Origin: Lytechinus pictus
Lineage: Eukaryota
DNA: 64,000 nt
Assembly: GCF_037042905.1 (NCBI RefSeq)
Contig: NC_087245.1
Span: 6,326,001 to 6,390,000 of the forward strand
Reading direction: 5' to 3'
Part shown: positions 13,631 through 49,313 of the stretch, one piece after another
How positions within the stretch are numbered: position 1 is the first letter of the stretch
Layout: every line of letters begins with the position of its first letter
Notes under the pieces: generated by a model
Told to the model about the DNA's origin: nothing
Database searches by the model: none
What the model saw: only the letters and a program-made list of their open reading frames with translations
Translations under genes and position numbers: made by a program

Positions 13631-15696
13631 CACAACAAAAAAAGTAAGTCCCCCCTTAAACAAACATCAATAATTTCCGAACCAATGCGAGTCTTGAATA
13701 TATTTTTACATGAGCGTGTAGGTAATTTTATAGGCTACCCTCTGAGTAAATGTTATGGACGTATTTTACGTCATGCTTCAGTGAGCACCGCCAGAAGGCA
13801 AAAATGTCACTTTTTAAAAGTCACAAGCCAAATATCATGACTTTGATTCCATTTTTATTGGAACTAATTCATCATTCTCATCATGAAAAATAGTCAGAAG
13901 GCTTGTAAAAGGTACTTTCTAAAAGATGATACAACTTTTCTGGCTAAATTTCACGGTTGAATGAACACAAATCCAAATTTGCTATAATTGGATTTTTTAC
14001 ACATTTCTATCAATAAAAATGATAGAATATGATGACAGTTATTTTTGGGAAGAGTATCTTCAACAATATTTATTGTTTCACGGTTCAATGAACATTTATT
14101 GAAAACAAAAGATATGATTTTCAAATATCATAGGCAAGTATTGTTTCATTTTGGTAACTGAAAATGATCTTTTCTCAACTTTTTCGTTATGTTCATGACC
14201 AATTAACATGCTTCAATGATTCAGAGGCGTTTAATTAAACATTCACGCTTGAATGAACATGTGGAATGTGATTAGCTCTTTTTTACGTTATTGGAAAAAA
14301 TGCAATTTGTAACTATGGATATCTATCACAAACCTCCTTGCATGGTTCATTTGATTTAATTTTTATGAAAATCCCGATGTTTAATGCATCAGTGAGCACA
14401 CAATATTAAAAAATTATGCAAATGAGAAGAAAGTTCAAGGCCCTGGCCCCACTCTGTGCCGTATCAAATGGTTATTTTGGTGTGCGCACATTTTGGATAG
14501 TGTTACACTGAAGCCATGTGCGAAGTTTCATGAAATAACTGTTGGCAGAAGTAACAAAAACTGTCCATGAAACAAACCCTCATTTCATATTTGTTAAAAT
14601 GTTGACTTCCTCTCTCATAGACTTGTGTACATTATGGGTGCATATGTTTAAGAATAAGTAACCCCCTATTCAATGTGGTGGAACTTTTTTTCAAGGCTGT
14701 CTTTAGCAATGTCATTTGGCGGTAATGTTTATCAACCTATGGGCAGAATTCTGTGCAAAAATGAAATCGATTTGTTTATTTATGGATGAGTGAGCACACA
14801 TCAAAGTGGGAAATTGGGTATTTTCAATATCACAGACCCATTTTAAATGGTAATAAAGTGAATATTGGGGGCAAATTCGGTTTCAAATGTGACTTTAATT
14901 GCTGTTGTTTTTATCATCCATCATTTCTATCACCACACACTTTCCGAAGTTTTAAAATTGTCATGGTTGAGCGAGCACATTCGAAAACTTAGGAATGAAT
15001 ACTCTTCATACTGCATAAATGTATTTTTTCTTACAAATTCTCACGATCAGTTTAATTTATGGACAAATCAGTGGTGGATCCAGAATTTTAAAATGGGGGA
15101 GGGGCCTATAATCGGGGGAGCCACCAACATTTTCAAATGTTAACATGATCTAACAAGTTGTAGAGGATACTACCATAAACCCCATTGATGATACGTCACT
15201 ATACAGGGGCCGCGGAACGGTTTTCAAAGTGGGGGGGGGGGGGGGCTGACCATGCAAAAAATCACAATCGTATGGTCATTTTTACATTTTTGTACATGCT
15301 TTTGGAAAAAAGTGGGGGGCTGACCATCCCCCCCCCCCCCGCGGCCCCTGCATTATTGTGCTCACTCAACCACGAACATACAATATCAAAATTGTGTGTG
15401 GAGTGGCTAAATGATGGATAGTAAAACAGCATTAACACCATAAAATTCACCTAAAAACAACTTTTGCCCAGCTTTGTATTTGCACAATCTGAAAAACGAC
15501 TCTTGTGACTTTCAAAAATGGTAATTTTTAATTCAATCTTTAATTACTCATGCATGACTCAACCGATCAATCTCATTTTTCCCCAGAGGTTGTTTAATGA
15601 GTGTAGAAAACCACCTACGAAATATCATATCTCAAAATAATTCCGTTCAAAAGTTACAGCAATTTGATTTAGGGGGGACTTACTTTTTTTGTTGTG
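13631..15696. mobile_element. Tc1/mariner-like non-autonomous element, TA TSD
   Basis: TA|CACAACAAAAAAAGTAAGTCCCCCC...GGGGGGACTTACTTTTTTTGTTGTG|TA. Confidence 0.82.
15204..15350. mobile_element. Small MITE nested in the Tc1-like element
   Basis: CAGGGGCCGCGG...CCGCGGCCCCTG. Confidence 0.7.
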
Positions 15697-15988
15697 TATA
15701 TTTTGATGAAGAATAATGTTCACTCTTTCGAATTCTTGAATTAATTAAAACATTGGTATTTTGTACGATGAGAATTTAATGCATTTCTCTCCGATTTTTC
15801 ATTTTCGTCGTCGAGACTTCTCGCGTGAAGTTGAGATGATTTAGCAGCGCAGCGCAGAGGCGTGACGTCATGTGCTATCGATAACGCAATCGGTATCATT
15901 CCTCTGAACCCAGCTCGGTGTTGGAGCTCGGTTCAGCGGCCTTTTTACTCTCTCAACACCAACACCAACACCGAACTTGAAATCACCC

Positions 15989-16514
15989 AATGTGGTATAA
16001 GTGGAAACAAAACAGCAGATTTTTATGCAAAAGTAGCTTTAACGAATAGAATCAAAATTCAAAATAGTTTAGGTTACGATGAAGCAAAAACATTGATAAC
16101 AAAAATATATACGCAGGAATGGCAAAACAGGTGGAAGAATTCCATTTGTAATATGAGACATATACAACCAGGGGTGAATCTTTCTTTATACGAATGCCAC
16201 CTAAACAGATTTGCCGAAAGTATACTACATAAACTTCGTTTGGAATAATAGGTCTTAACTTTGATCTTTTCCAATTAAAACTACATCCAACTGGTTTTTG
16301 TGATTCTTGCAAAATATTGGAAACTATTGACCATTTTCTTGTGACATGCCCACGTTATATCATTCAAAGAGCTATGCTGCTCACTGAAACAAATTTGACG
16401 GAACCTATAGAAATTCTCTCCCTGCTAAAAAGCATAGACACCGACAAACAAAAATCACTCGTACGTTTCGTCCTAAGAACGAAACGAATATATAACAAAC
16501 AATATCACATATAA
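15989..16514 (+). mobile_element. Decayed LINE ORF2, 3' piece: end of RNase H and CCHC knuckle
   Basis: GISGNKTADFYAK continues WIPSH; CDSC...ETIDHFLVTC. Confidence 0.85.
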
Positions 16515-17327
16515 CTTCTCCTCAGAACAGTTTTATTCCAAAGAGCCAGTCTCGGGTCATGTTTCTATTGCAGCTTGAGCATACGAATGCGCCAGCCAAT
16601 CACTTTCTTGTAACCATGATGAACTGAAAACGGTAGCACGAACGTGATTGGCTGGCGCATATGTATGCTCAAGCTGTGATAGGAACATGATGAAGAACAA
16701 ATGCTGGATCCGCTCCTGTGTGTATCTAGGCCTACTTGCGTATCAGTCAGACTTTCCTTGACATGTTTTACTTGGCAGGCTTATACATGTATTATGTATA
16801 GTATAAATAGCACCCCAAATTTGCTCTGATTTCAAATTTGCCCCCCCCCCCCCCCCCCCTCCAGGAAATTCTGGATCCGCAAGACATTGACGGAATACTA
16901 TGGGTTCAACTTCAAATCCAGTTCTCGATTGATATAATTATAACAAAACTGGATTGAATTTAGACCTGCCAAAAGTGAACAAGAAATTTGACTAAATATT
17001 CACTTGATTTGGTAGATTTAATGGTGGCTTGGCACCAATTTGGCCTGGAATTATAATAGTATGCAGGGCTTAATATATTAAGAGAGCAATAATTAGCAAA
17101 GTTACAAGATAATTTCCATTAGAAGGGTACCTTTTTGATGATTTATTTGAAAATAGAAATGAATGTATCATACACCTGCAGGTTGCAGACAATCTCTAAT
17201 CCTCAGTATGTCATCCCATGGAAGTGGTAGTTGAGTCACCCAGATAGAATGACACAGGGAGCCATGTTCATGACTGCTATGACTGCTGTTTCTCTTAACT
17301 GTCTTTAAACATGTTTCATATGGAAAA

Positions 17328-39104
<21,777 letters not shown>

Positions 39105-41307
39105 ATGAAACCTTGTTTGAAAAAAAAAACATACAGTGTAGCTGAAGGGAGGAGGGAACAAGAGGATATTCTTCACTTCTATCCATATACTGAAGTCATG
39201 GTAAATATAATGCTATAATTTTTCAAGCAGATGAAGCCAATTGTTCCTATGCCATAGTATTGGAGGTAGAGCTACGATCATACTTGTGAACAATCATCTG
39301 GTGCCGTAACCTAGAGAGGACTGGAGTCTGTTGATCATATATCCTCACTTGAGGTTAGGGCTAGAGGCATTAGATAATTTATGTCTGTTCCATCTGCACT
39401 CTGTTGATCTTTGAGTAATTCCACTTCAAACAGGATCATCTGGCCATGTGTCTTGAACTCACCCCATTTGTGTTACGCCGCCCAAATCTAATGATAGCAA
39501 ACCTATCATTATAATAATGGTCATAACTTCAAAAATATTCACCCAGTCCATACTTTTTCTGAAAAGGAAGTTCATGAGGATTCCAAAAATGGCATTAAAA
39601 ATGAGGAAGGGTGCACTGCTGACCTTTTATGAGTGAAAATGTTTGAAATTTTAAGGACCCCAAATGAACTTCATTTCAAATGTCCATATTTTTTTTCTTT
39701 GCCCATACCATTAATCACTTTCCATATTTGGATTGCTCATGGAATTTCCTTTCAGATGATATAAAACTATAAAGGGATTTATTAATATCATGAAGGTCAC
39801 TTTGATATTTGAGGAATGTTTGTGCCATCCAAGCCCAGAGAGATGTTTCACAAAGTGTGACTTGAATTGCTTACTGTCGATGTGCACATGATATGTATAC
39901 ACAATCTCATACAGTAGAGCGCATCCTGTTAGCATGATTTGACCATTTCAGTGATGCCTCATATACCTCACACAACTTGGAATTTAAGTTTGACTCTAAG
40001 TCACTCAAAAGGTATTTTCATACTGGGGTAACTCCGGATTGAGTCGATACGCTTGTACTGCGGACCGACATTACGCCCCCTTTCAAACAGGCAAGCTCCG
40101 CAGCGGTGTATCCGCAGTCGTTTCCATGGTTTCCAAGCAATTTTGCGCCATGTGTGTGGCACGCAGAGTCTCCCCCATGCGGAAATATATGAAGTTACGC
40201 ATGAGATAGGCGATACTGCACTTCCAGTGTGGACTAACTCCATTTGTAACTCTCTTCTCGAAGTGGGATGAGTACTCCGCTATGAATCCGGATTGAAATA
40301 ATCTTAGAATTTTCATACTGCCCTCCAAAGTGGAGTAACTCCTTCTGGACTCCAGAGTAACTCCACTTTGGCTGTCGGTATGAAAGTGGTATGAGTCACA
40401 ATTAAATCTTTGTGAAACACCCACAGCTTGGCACCTGGCTTATGAACCTTTTATGAATCTGACACATAGGCCCTGTAACATATGCAATTTTACAATCATG
40501 TCAGAAGAGTGCTGGTTGATAATTGATTTCAATGTTGCTCGATCATCACCAGCAAAATATCACTGATAACACAATATATCGCCGAGTCAGAAAATTCATT
40601 TTATTCCTTCATTATGAGCTGCAATCCAGTGAGGATATGGAAGGGGGAAATGAAAGTACTTTGGTGCTTTTCCATGAATAGCAGGCATCTGGGTACTGTC
40701 CTGAGTTGGTTTAAAGCAAAACAACAACATTAAGGTCAATAAATAGTGATTACTGAACACCACTAATCTGAGAAGAAATGTGAAATACTAGGTGGTTCAC
40801 TTCAATTGAACATTGAATAGGTAAATTGTTACTATGTGGCTTTACTGATCAAATTTTTGCATTTTCTTCAACCATTTGAGAGACCATCTTCTGACTTGTT
40901 TAATGTATGCATATTGGAGATGATCTGATTAGATATGGAGGTCATGAGGTCAAAGGTCGCATAGGTCATTAATTGATTGAAATTATTTGTGTTAACTGAA
41001 GAACCATCTGAGGAGTTATCTTCCATCTTTGTTCATGTGTGTACCTATTAGAGAGAGGACGGTTTTACTTGATTTTGAGGTCACAAGGTCGAAGGTTACA
41101 GATGTTTTATTAATTTTTTTGTTTTTATTTTATAAGTTGGAATTGAGATGTGTGATATATTCTAGATTTGGCAGTGATGAAGGCAGAGATTTTGACCACA
41201 GGTGTATATGTATGTGCAGTTGAGAATATATCTAGTTATCAGGCCTGCTAGTTATACATTTGAATTGAAATTTACACAATATGTAAGAAGTGGAAGGTTA
41301 AATGAAA

Positions 41308-41870
41308 ATTTATCACATCATTTTTTAAAGTGTAATCTTCCATACCTTTGAAGTGAGAGTGACTATTTGATTCAAACCTCTTGATCATAGTCTTTTCCAT
41401 TATATTGCTTTTTCTGTAAGGAAACATTATTATTCCTTGTCATAAGAGAACATCTATTTTTTTTCCATTTCATGAAAGAAAAACATATGAAGCATGAGAT
41501 GCAAACATGTAAGTCATTAACATCTTCAATAAGGTCAGAGATTTCATTTTAATAAATGTTGTCTATGATATATTCTACATCTAGCAAGGGTGGAGGCATA
41601 AATTTTGACTAAGTGCAATCAAGAATATCTAGTTATACATTTGAATTGAAATTTACACAATGTGTAAGAATTGGAAGGTTAAAAAGAAAACAAAACAGGT
41701 TATGAGACAGGAAGAAATAAGGAGATTTTTTTTCTTGCTCTAAGTCCTATTAAGATTTTCTTTTAGGAGATATGATTTTTATTGTCCCTGATTTAATGCA
41801 TGAAGATTCTAACATCAAGTTCAACTGAGAACTATTTAGGAGAACATTGCCATTCTTGGTCTACATACAG
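41308..41870. repeat. Left arm of a long inverted duplication (partner ~48180-49338)
   Basis: Reverse-complement match read by eye over ~560 bp. Confidence 0.9.
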
Positions 41871-41903
41871 TGTACCAAGGAATTATTTGTACATTATGCA
41901 TTA

Positions 41904-42065
41904 TACCTTGGTCACATTTGCTCTACGGCGGCCGTACGGCGAGTCGAAAACAGCCGTTTTATTAATTTTAATTCAAACCACCTATATGCAACTGGTACAA
42001 AAAATGTTAAAACGGCCGTTTTCGACTCGCCGTATGGCCGCCGTAGAACAAATGTGACCATGGTA
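41904..42065. mobile_element. Palindromic MITE, TTA TSD (PIF/Harbinger-like)
   Basis: TTA|TACCTTGGTCACATTTG...CAAATGTGACCATGGTA|TTA, ~55-bp TIR. Confidence 0.8.
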
Positions 42066-42814
42066 TTAACAACACTTTAAAAGGAGACCGTGAACTCTGC
42101 TTCAAATCAGAAATTCCTGTTCTGGCTATTATAAAATCTAATGAATTGTATATTATTATTAATTTATTACCTATCTTTTCCCATTAGGCCTAAAGTACTT
42201 ACTATGAATTAATTCAATGTAATTATATTATTTTCAAACTACAAACCAGAAAAGCTATTTTTTTCAATGCCTTTCTAAAAATTGCTCGTCATGGAGACTG
42301 GTCTAATAAAGTGGTATTTCATTACAGTATTTTGAAGTTGACACAGTAAAAGATCAATTCAATTCTTTTTTATTTCACAAGCCAAAGTAAAATAGGCTGA
42401 TAAAAACAACAAATGTAAAATAAATATTGCATTGATAATGATGCAGCAGCTCATCACAGATATGATACATAGATTACAGAGACAAAACAAACAAACTAAT
42501 CATCACTGTAGAAGGATGTAAGGCTTGTGTGGTACACCTAAAAAGATGTAAAAGCAAGGTAGCCTGGAATAAGAAAAGACAGAAATAGCAGAGAAGAACA
42601 CAGGGTTGGAGCAATAGACTTAGAGCAATAGACTTACATGTATAGCAACAGACTAAGAGAAATTCCAAGTAAAGAGAATAGGGACTAATGTACACGTTAA
42701 TGAATATTTGAGACAAAGAGGGGCACTGGCTGACAATTTAGTGCTCTATTTGCTGTATACAGAGTTACTTTAAACATTTTGGAGCCTCCGTTGTTCCGTG
42801 TTTTGTAAATGATG

Positions 42815-43400
42815 AAGATTACTTGTTTCAAAGGAAGCCAGTGAAGTGAATTAAAGAATGGCTGGGAAGGATGATCTTGGGAAACTTGTGAAATTAATTG
42901 TGCTGCCTGATTTTGTAGTCCTTGAATACAAATTAATTGACTAGAGGGGATTGTAGAAAGAAGTCCATTGCAATAATCAATACAAGACATAAAGAAAGAA
43001 CAGCATTGTGACAGGCAGACTGGTCTATGAACCTTCTGATTCTTGAAATATTCCTTATAATAAAGAATAATTGTGCTACAGATAAGAGAGATATTGTACG
43101 ACATTGACATCTGGGAATCAAATATAACACCAATGTTTTGTATTTTTTCTGAGGGTCTTATGAGTGTGGCACCAACATCTAGCTGACCTTTTGAAGGATT
43201 GTGCAGGTTATAAGTACATGTAGAGGCCGAAACAAAATATTCAGTTTTTGTGTCATTAAAAAAAAAAATATTCACTATCATCCACCGACTTGTATCGAAT
43301 ATACAATTCTGAAGTTTAACAAGTGCATTGTTGAGAGTGCCAGGAGTCTTGGGATCAAAAGAGATAATTATGTCATCAGCTTATAAATGATTATTGACAG
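42815..43400 (-). mobile_element. Decayed L2/CR1-group LINE reverse transcriptase 3' fragment
   Basis: HL*ADD (mutated YADD), NDTKTE, IGVIFDSQMSM, DYCNGLL, LHWLP, with frameshifts. Confidence 0.85.
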
Positions 43401-44394
43401 TGATATCCGATGACGTCACCAACAATATCAAGCTGTTGACCTAATACCTATATAACCAAGATATGAAAATTATCTACATATCACATGAAAGAGAAAAGTA
43501 AAGCTTTTGTTTTTAACCTTGTTGGAAATTATGCAATCATACATAAATTATTATGAATCACTAAGTGCAATAATGCATAGTGTACCCGTAACTGTATGTA
43601 AATGTAACTTTCAATGCTTTAGTGATTTTGACTTGTGTCATATTTTTCTGAGAGATAGATGATATGCTTTCATTTGATATAAATACTTTTCATTGGTTTA
43701 CTTCATTTTGACATAAAATGAAACATAAAATATTATCCAACTGCAACTCTTATCCAAAAGACTGATCACAATTTGCAACTAGACGCCAAACAAAGGCTAT
43801 ATTTTCTCTTTCATATGATATCCAATTCATTAGATTTTACAATAGTGGGTTTTTTTGGTTCCTAGTACAGTTCACCTTCTCCCTTTACAGTATTGTTCAT
43901 GTATAGTGTATAAATAATTCTGATAAACACTGTATGCCAATGGATTGAAAATTAATTTATTTGATTTGGGATTAATGAGATCAAAGAGAAATGCCATTAA
44001 CTTGTCATTTTTTATTGCTTTTTATGCTGTCATCAGTATCCGAATATTATGTTATGTCCACCCTAATAGCTTATATATATATATATATACATATATATGA
44101 ATAAAAGAGTTCTGCATATATATATATGGATATTTAAGATTTTAGTGTAGACTTAACATAATGTAAATGTGAGAAATTATACATGTACAACAGCTTTGAC
44201 AACTCATGTATTCAAATATGTTGTGAAAGAAATGAAGAGAACTATGGTAGGCATAGCTTAAATCAAGGTTCCCCAGAGCCAGGTCATTGTTCAAAACCCA
44301 CCTACAACCGATAAAGGAAATAAAAATTGGTATAGTGTTGAAAATCTGTTTATCTGACGGTCAATCGGATCAGAGTCGCCCTAGCCACTAACCC

Positions 44395-44466
44395 GTCTCC
44401 GTGGTCTAGTGGTTAAGGCACCAGCGTTCAAAGCTGGGGGCCCAGTTTTTATTCCCGGCAGAGACA
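44395..44466 (+). pseudogene. tRNA-like pseudogene or SINE head (Glu-like scaffold, TCA at anticodon position)
   Basis: 72-nt cloverleaf: acceptor GTCTCCG/CAGAGAC, A box TGGTCTAGTGG, anticodon stem CCAGC/GCTGG, degraded T arm, followed by T6. Confidence 0.6.
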
Positions 44467-44999
44467 TTTTTTCGGCATCACCAATTTTTCCAAAGGGTAG
44501 ATGGCTCTTGGGATTCTCTATTTAAGCTTAGCCTACTATTGTTTTCTTCATTCATTTCTTGTACAACATATATATATACACACACACACAATTATATATA
44601 TCAAACAACAAAATCATTTTTTTTTAAAGATATAAATGAAGGATACATGTAGAAACTAAACAATTTTGGGGGAGATAAATTTACTGATTTCACATTAGAA
44701 TTTGATTTGTTTGGGTGCCCGATCAAAATAGATTTTTTGTGTATTGTCTTGTTTATAACACGCCTTCACAAGCATGAAATGGTTTCAGAATATAAGCTTT
44801 GTCAGTAGTTCAGCTTTCTAATATTTAGTTGCTGAATATGTAAAGTACTTTCTTAAACTGAGAGATGGCACTAAATTTAAATTAAACGGCTGGAAAATGC
44901 TATACAAAAATTCTGAAGAATTTTGTATTAATGTAATGTTTGATGATACTTGAGTATATATGTAGTTCACCTAAATGACCCTTTATCAAAGCTGTAGAC

Positions 45000-47900
45000 A
45001 GGCTTTAACATATAAAATCTTTAATATATTAGAACTTTAACATATAAAATCTTCAACATGCAGTGTATTAAACATGAGAAATCTTGAGCATCTTTAAATC
45101 TGTAACATGTTAAATTTTTGACATTTTACATCTTGATATATCAGATCTTTAACATAGTAAATCTTTCACATTTCATTAGATCCTTAATATGTTAAATATC
45201 TAACATATTAAATCTTAGAATATTAAATTTTCAACTTATTCATTCTTCAAAACATCAGAGCCTTAACAGATTTAAAATATTTAACATATATGTTTAACAT
45301 GCTAGATCTTTAACATCTTTAGTATTAAGCATAATAGATCTTTAATGTATCTTATCTAATCTTTAGACTTTAACATATTAAAGCCTTAACAAATTTAAAA
45401 TATTTAACATATATATATTTAACATGCTAGATCCTTAACTTAATATATTTGTATCAAATCATTAACATAAAATCTTTAACATACATTTTAAATGCTACAT
45501 ATTTATCATATTATAAAATATTAATTTTCTAAACTTTTTGAATCTTTAACATGCTAGATTTCTAACATATTAAACTTTAACAGAATTGAATATTTAATAC
45601 ATTTGGACTTTAATGTATCAAATCATTAACATATAAATCCTTAACATAACATATCATTCACATATTGAATCTTTAGCATATCTATCTTTTAATGTATCTA
45701 ATTTTAAACATATTAGAACTTTAACATATTAACTCATTAACATTAATATAGAAATTATTGATATGTAATATCTATTAAATCCTTAACATCTTTAATATTA
45801 ATATTTAATAACATTAAATCTTTAACATATTAGGTCTTTAACATACTGGTATACAAAAATATTTAATTTAATAGATTTTTAATAGGCCTAATTTTTAATG
45901 TATCTAATCTCTAGTATATTAAAGCCTTAACAAATTTAAAATATATAATATATATGTTTAACATGCTAGATCTTCAACGTCTTTAATATTTAGCGTAATA
46001 GATCTTTAACAAATCTGATTTAATCTTTAAACATATTAAAGCCTTAAAAAATAAAATATATTTAACATAATGTATATATTTAACATGCTAGTTCTTTAAC
46101 ATATTAAACTTTTACAGAATTATATACTTAATATATTAGTTTTTTTAACGTATCAAATCATTAACATATCTAATCTTTAACATATTGGATCTTTAACATA
46201 TTAAATCTTTAGCAAATCAAATCTTTAACATATTGAATATTTAACATACACTTTAAATGCTAGATATTTATTATATTGTAAAATATCATTTTTTTAACCT
46301 GTTTAATCTTTAACATGCTACATTGTAGATTTTTAACATATTAAACTTTAACAGAATTAATTGTTTAATACATTTGTTCTTTACTGTATCAAAGCATTAA
46401 CATATAAATTTTTCACATATTAAATGTTTAGCATATCTATCTTTTGATGTATCTAATTTTTAACATATCAGAACTTTAACATATTAACTCTTTAACATTA
46501 ATATTGAAATTATTAATATTGATATCTAATAACATATTAACTCCTTAACATATTTGAAATATTATAAATATTAATATTTAATAACATTAAATCCTTAACA
46601 TACCGGTATAAAAAAAATAATATTTAACATAATAGATCTTTAACATATTAAAGCCTTTACAAATTTAAAATATTTAACATATATCTTTAACATGCTAGAT
46701 CTTCAACATATTAAACTTTAATAGAATTAAATATAAAAATATATTTGGCCTTTAATGTATCAAATCATTAACATATAAATCCTTAACATAACATATCTTT
46801 CACATATTAAATCTTTACCATATCAATCTTTTAATGTATCTAATTTTTAACATATTAAATCTTTAACATACATGTACATGTATTAGATCTTTGATATATT
46901 AAAACTTTAAAATAAAATCCTTAACATACTAAATTTTCAACATATTAACTCTTAACATCTTTAGTATTCAACATGATAAATCTTTAACATATTGGATCTT
47001 TAATATATCATATATTTAACATTGAATATTCAACAAATCAAAGCTTTATCATATTAAATATTTAACATACACTTTAACATGCTAGATATTTAACATATCA
47101 ATTCTTTAACATATTTGATATTTAACATATCTAATCTTTAACATATCAATTAAATCAACACATTAAATCTAATAATAATAGTTGGATTTACATAGGACTT
47201 TATATTTTGGTTATGTGCTTCTCATTGTAAATATTATTACCCTTGTCATAGGATCCATCACTGTTCCACACATTATGTGCACCATCTCCACTCCCTAGTG
47301 AGTATCCTGGCCAGGCAACCATTTATCGGAGCACACATGCCAATCTTTCAAATCCTACTTTAACACCTGGGTGGTGAGTGACAAATGTGGATAAGTGCCT
47401 TGCCAAAGGACATTAGTTCCTGGTGGGATTCGAACCCTCAAACATTGGTTTAAAGTCAATTGACTCAACCACCACACCATGGCACCTCCACAAACGGCAT
47501 GTCCAATACTTGGCATATTAATTCTTCACCATATTAAATCTTTAACATATTAGAAAGTTTAAATCTTAAACATTAGGTTTTTAACATATAAAACCCTTAA
47601 CATACTAAATCTATAACAATAAGTATTTAACATACTACTTAACATATTTATTATTCAACATGCTAGATCTTTGACATAATTAATATTTAACATATTAGAT
47701 TGTTAACGTTTGTCATCTTTAGCATATCAAATACTTGGCATATTAATTCTTTACCATATTAAATCTTTAACATACTAGAATGCTGACATATTATGAATCT
47801 TCCACATATTACATGCACATGGAGATGTAGGTCCTATCATATCTGAAACATAATATGTAACATATTAGATCTTCAATATTTTATATTTAATATTTTAGAT

Positions 47901-48035
47901 CTTGAACATTTTTTTTTTTTTTATAATATCTAATATGGAAACTGTTTAAAATGGTAAACATACTAGATGTTTAATGTATTAAATCTTTACCTTATTGGGT
48001 ATGAAATATATTAGATTTTTAACATTATAAAACTT
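45000..48035. repeat. AT-rich degenerate ~17-bp satellite (AATCTTTAACATATT), interrupted by a SINE
   Basis: Recurring TTTAACATATT core, no ORFs in the track. Confidence 0.9.
47170..47492 (-). mobile_element. tRNA-derived SINE inside the satellite
   Basis: Minus-strand GGTTCGAATCC B box and (TAA)n-like tail. Confidence 0.65.
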
Positions 48036-48539
48036 TCTCATGTATTATGTTACTGATGTGAACATAGAAAATACCAGGTCAATATCATATTTGTTGTCAA
48101 TTGAAGTGTCAAATCTTATATCACTTTGATCTCATTACCCCAAATCATATAAACTGACTTTCACTCCCACTGGCATACATGTATATGGACAGAGAATGAC
48201 AGTGATCTCCTAAATAGTTCTCAAGTTGAACTTGATGTTAGAATCTTCATGTATTATATCAGAGACAATCAAAATCACATCTAAAAGGAAATCTTAATAG
48301 GACTAAGAGCAAGAAAAAAAATTCTCCTTATTTCTTCTTGTCTCATAACCTGTTTTGTTTTCTTTTTAACCTTCCAATTCTTACACATTGTGTAAATTTC
48401 AATTCAAATGTATATCTAGATATTTTTTATTGCACTTAGTCAAAATTTATGCCCTCACCCTTGCCAGAAGTAGAATACATGTATATCATAGACAACATTT
48501 ATTAAAATGAAATCTCTTTGACCTTATTAAAGATGTTAA

Positions 48540-49125
48540 AGGAGAATGAAACTCTTGGAGCAAGTTAGCTTTTGTGAAAGCAGAAAAATCAAAGAATAAG
48601 ATCAACAAAAGTTTGAGTAAAATAGGACTAGCAATAGAAGAGTTATGAGCATTTGAATGTCGAGATCACTAATGCTATGGAGATCCTCCCATTGGCAATG
48701 CGACCAAGATCTATGATGTCACAGATGAACAACTCTCCCCTTTTGGACACTGAAAATATACCCCAAAACATCTCTTTTTGCTAATTCTATAATCATATGA
48801 CAAACGATTCATCAATGATATAATGTTGTGAAACCTCTGTACTTGTCCTCTCATAAAGAGAACACCTCACCTTGTGAAAGACTCTATAAAAGTGAGAATA
48901 TAAGTGAAATAAGTACTAAAGTAATGAGGGAGTTTTACGTGTGTGACATCACAGATCTTGGTCGCATTGCCAATTGGAGGATCTACATGGCATTAGTGAT
49001 CTCAATATTCAGATGCTCATAACTTTTTTATGATTCATTCAATCTTCCTCAAACTTTCAACAATATGTTTCTTTGATTTTTCTCTTTGATATGGATTCAG
49101 CTGGTTTCAAGGGTTTCATTCTCCT
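48540..49125. mobile_element. Kolobok-like MITE, TTAA TSD confirmed by an empty paralogous site
   Basis: TTAA|AGGAGAATGAAAC...GTTTCATTCTCCT|TTAA; the inverted copy at ~41517 has a single TTAA and no insert. Confidence 0.9.
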
Positions 49126-49313
49126 TTAATGATTTACATGTTTGCATCTCATACTTCATATGTTTTTCTTTCATGAAATGAAAACAAATAGATGTTCTCT
49201 TATGACAAGGAATAATAATGTTTCCTTACAGAAAAAAGCAATATAATGGAAAAGACTATGATCAAGAGGTTTGAATCAAATAGTTACTCTCACTTCAAAT
49301 GGATGGAAGATTA

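Larger units (their letters stand above)
13247..15988. mobile_element. TIR element inserted into the LINE RNase H region
   Basis: GGGTGATTTCAAGTACGGTGTTG...CAACACCGAACTTGAAATCACCC, with internal GGTGTT/AACACC repeats; TSD not cleanly resolved. Confidence 0.75.

Noticed and set aside
39995..40395. GC-richer block with TTTCATAC/GTATGAAA and GAGTAACTCC repeats; short ORFs on both strands
   Set aside because: Probably a MITE after the MCM9 stop, but the ends are imperfect and the ORFs show no recognisable motifs.
42305..42310. AATAAA as the MCM9 poly(A) signal
   Set aside because: Several AATAAA occur in this AT-rich region and none can be chosen without transcript data.
42697..43281. 194-aa minus-strand ORF as a host gene
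   Set aside because: A frameshifted LINE RT relic with a stop in the YADD motif.
44395..44466. Functional tRNA-Sec or suppressor tRNA gene
   Set aside because: No long variable arm, and the T arm/B box is broken. Kept only as a pseudogene-level finding.
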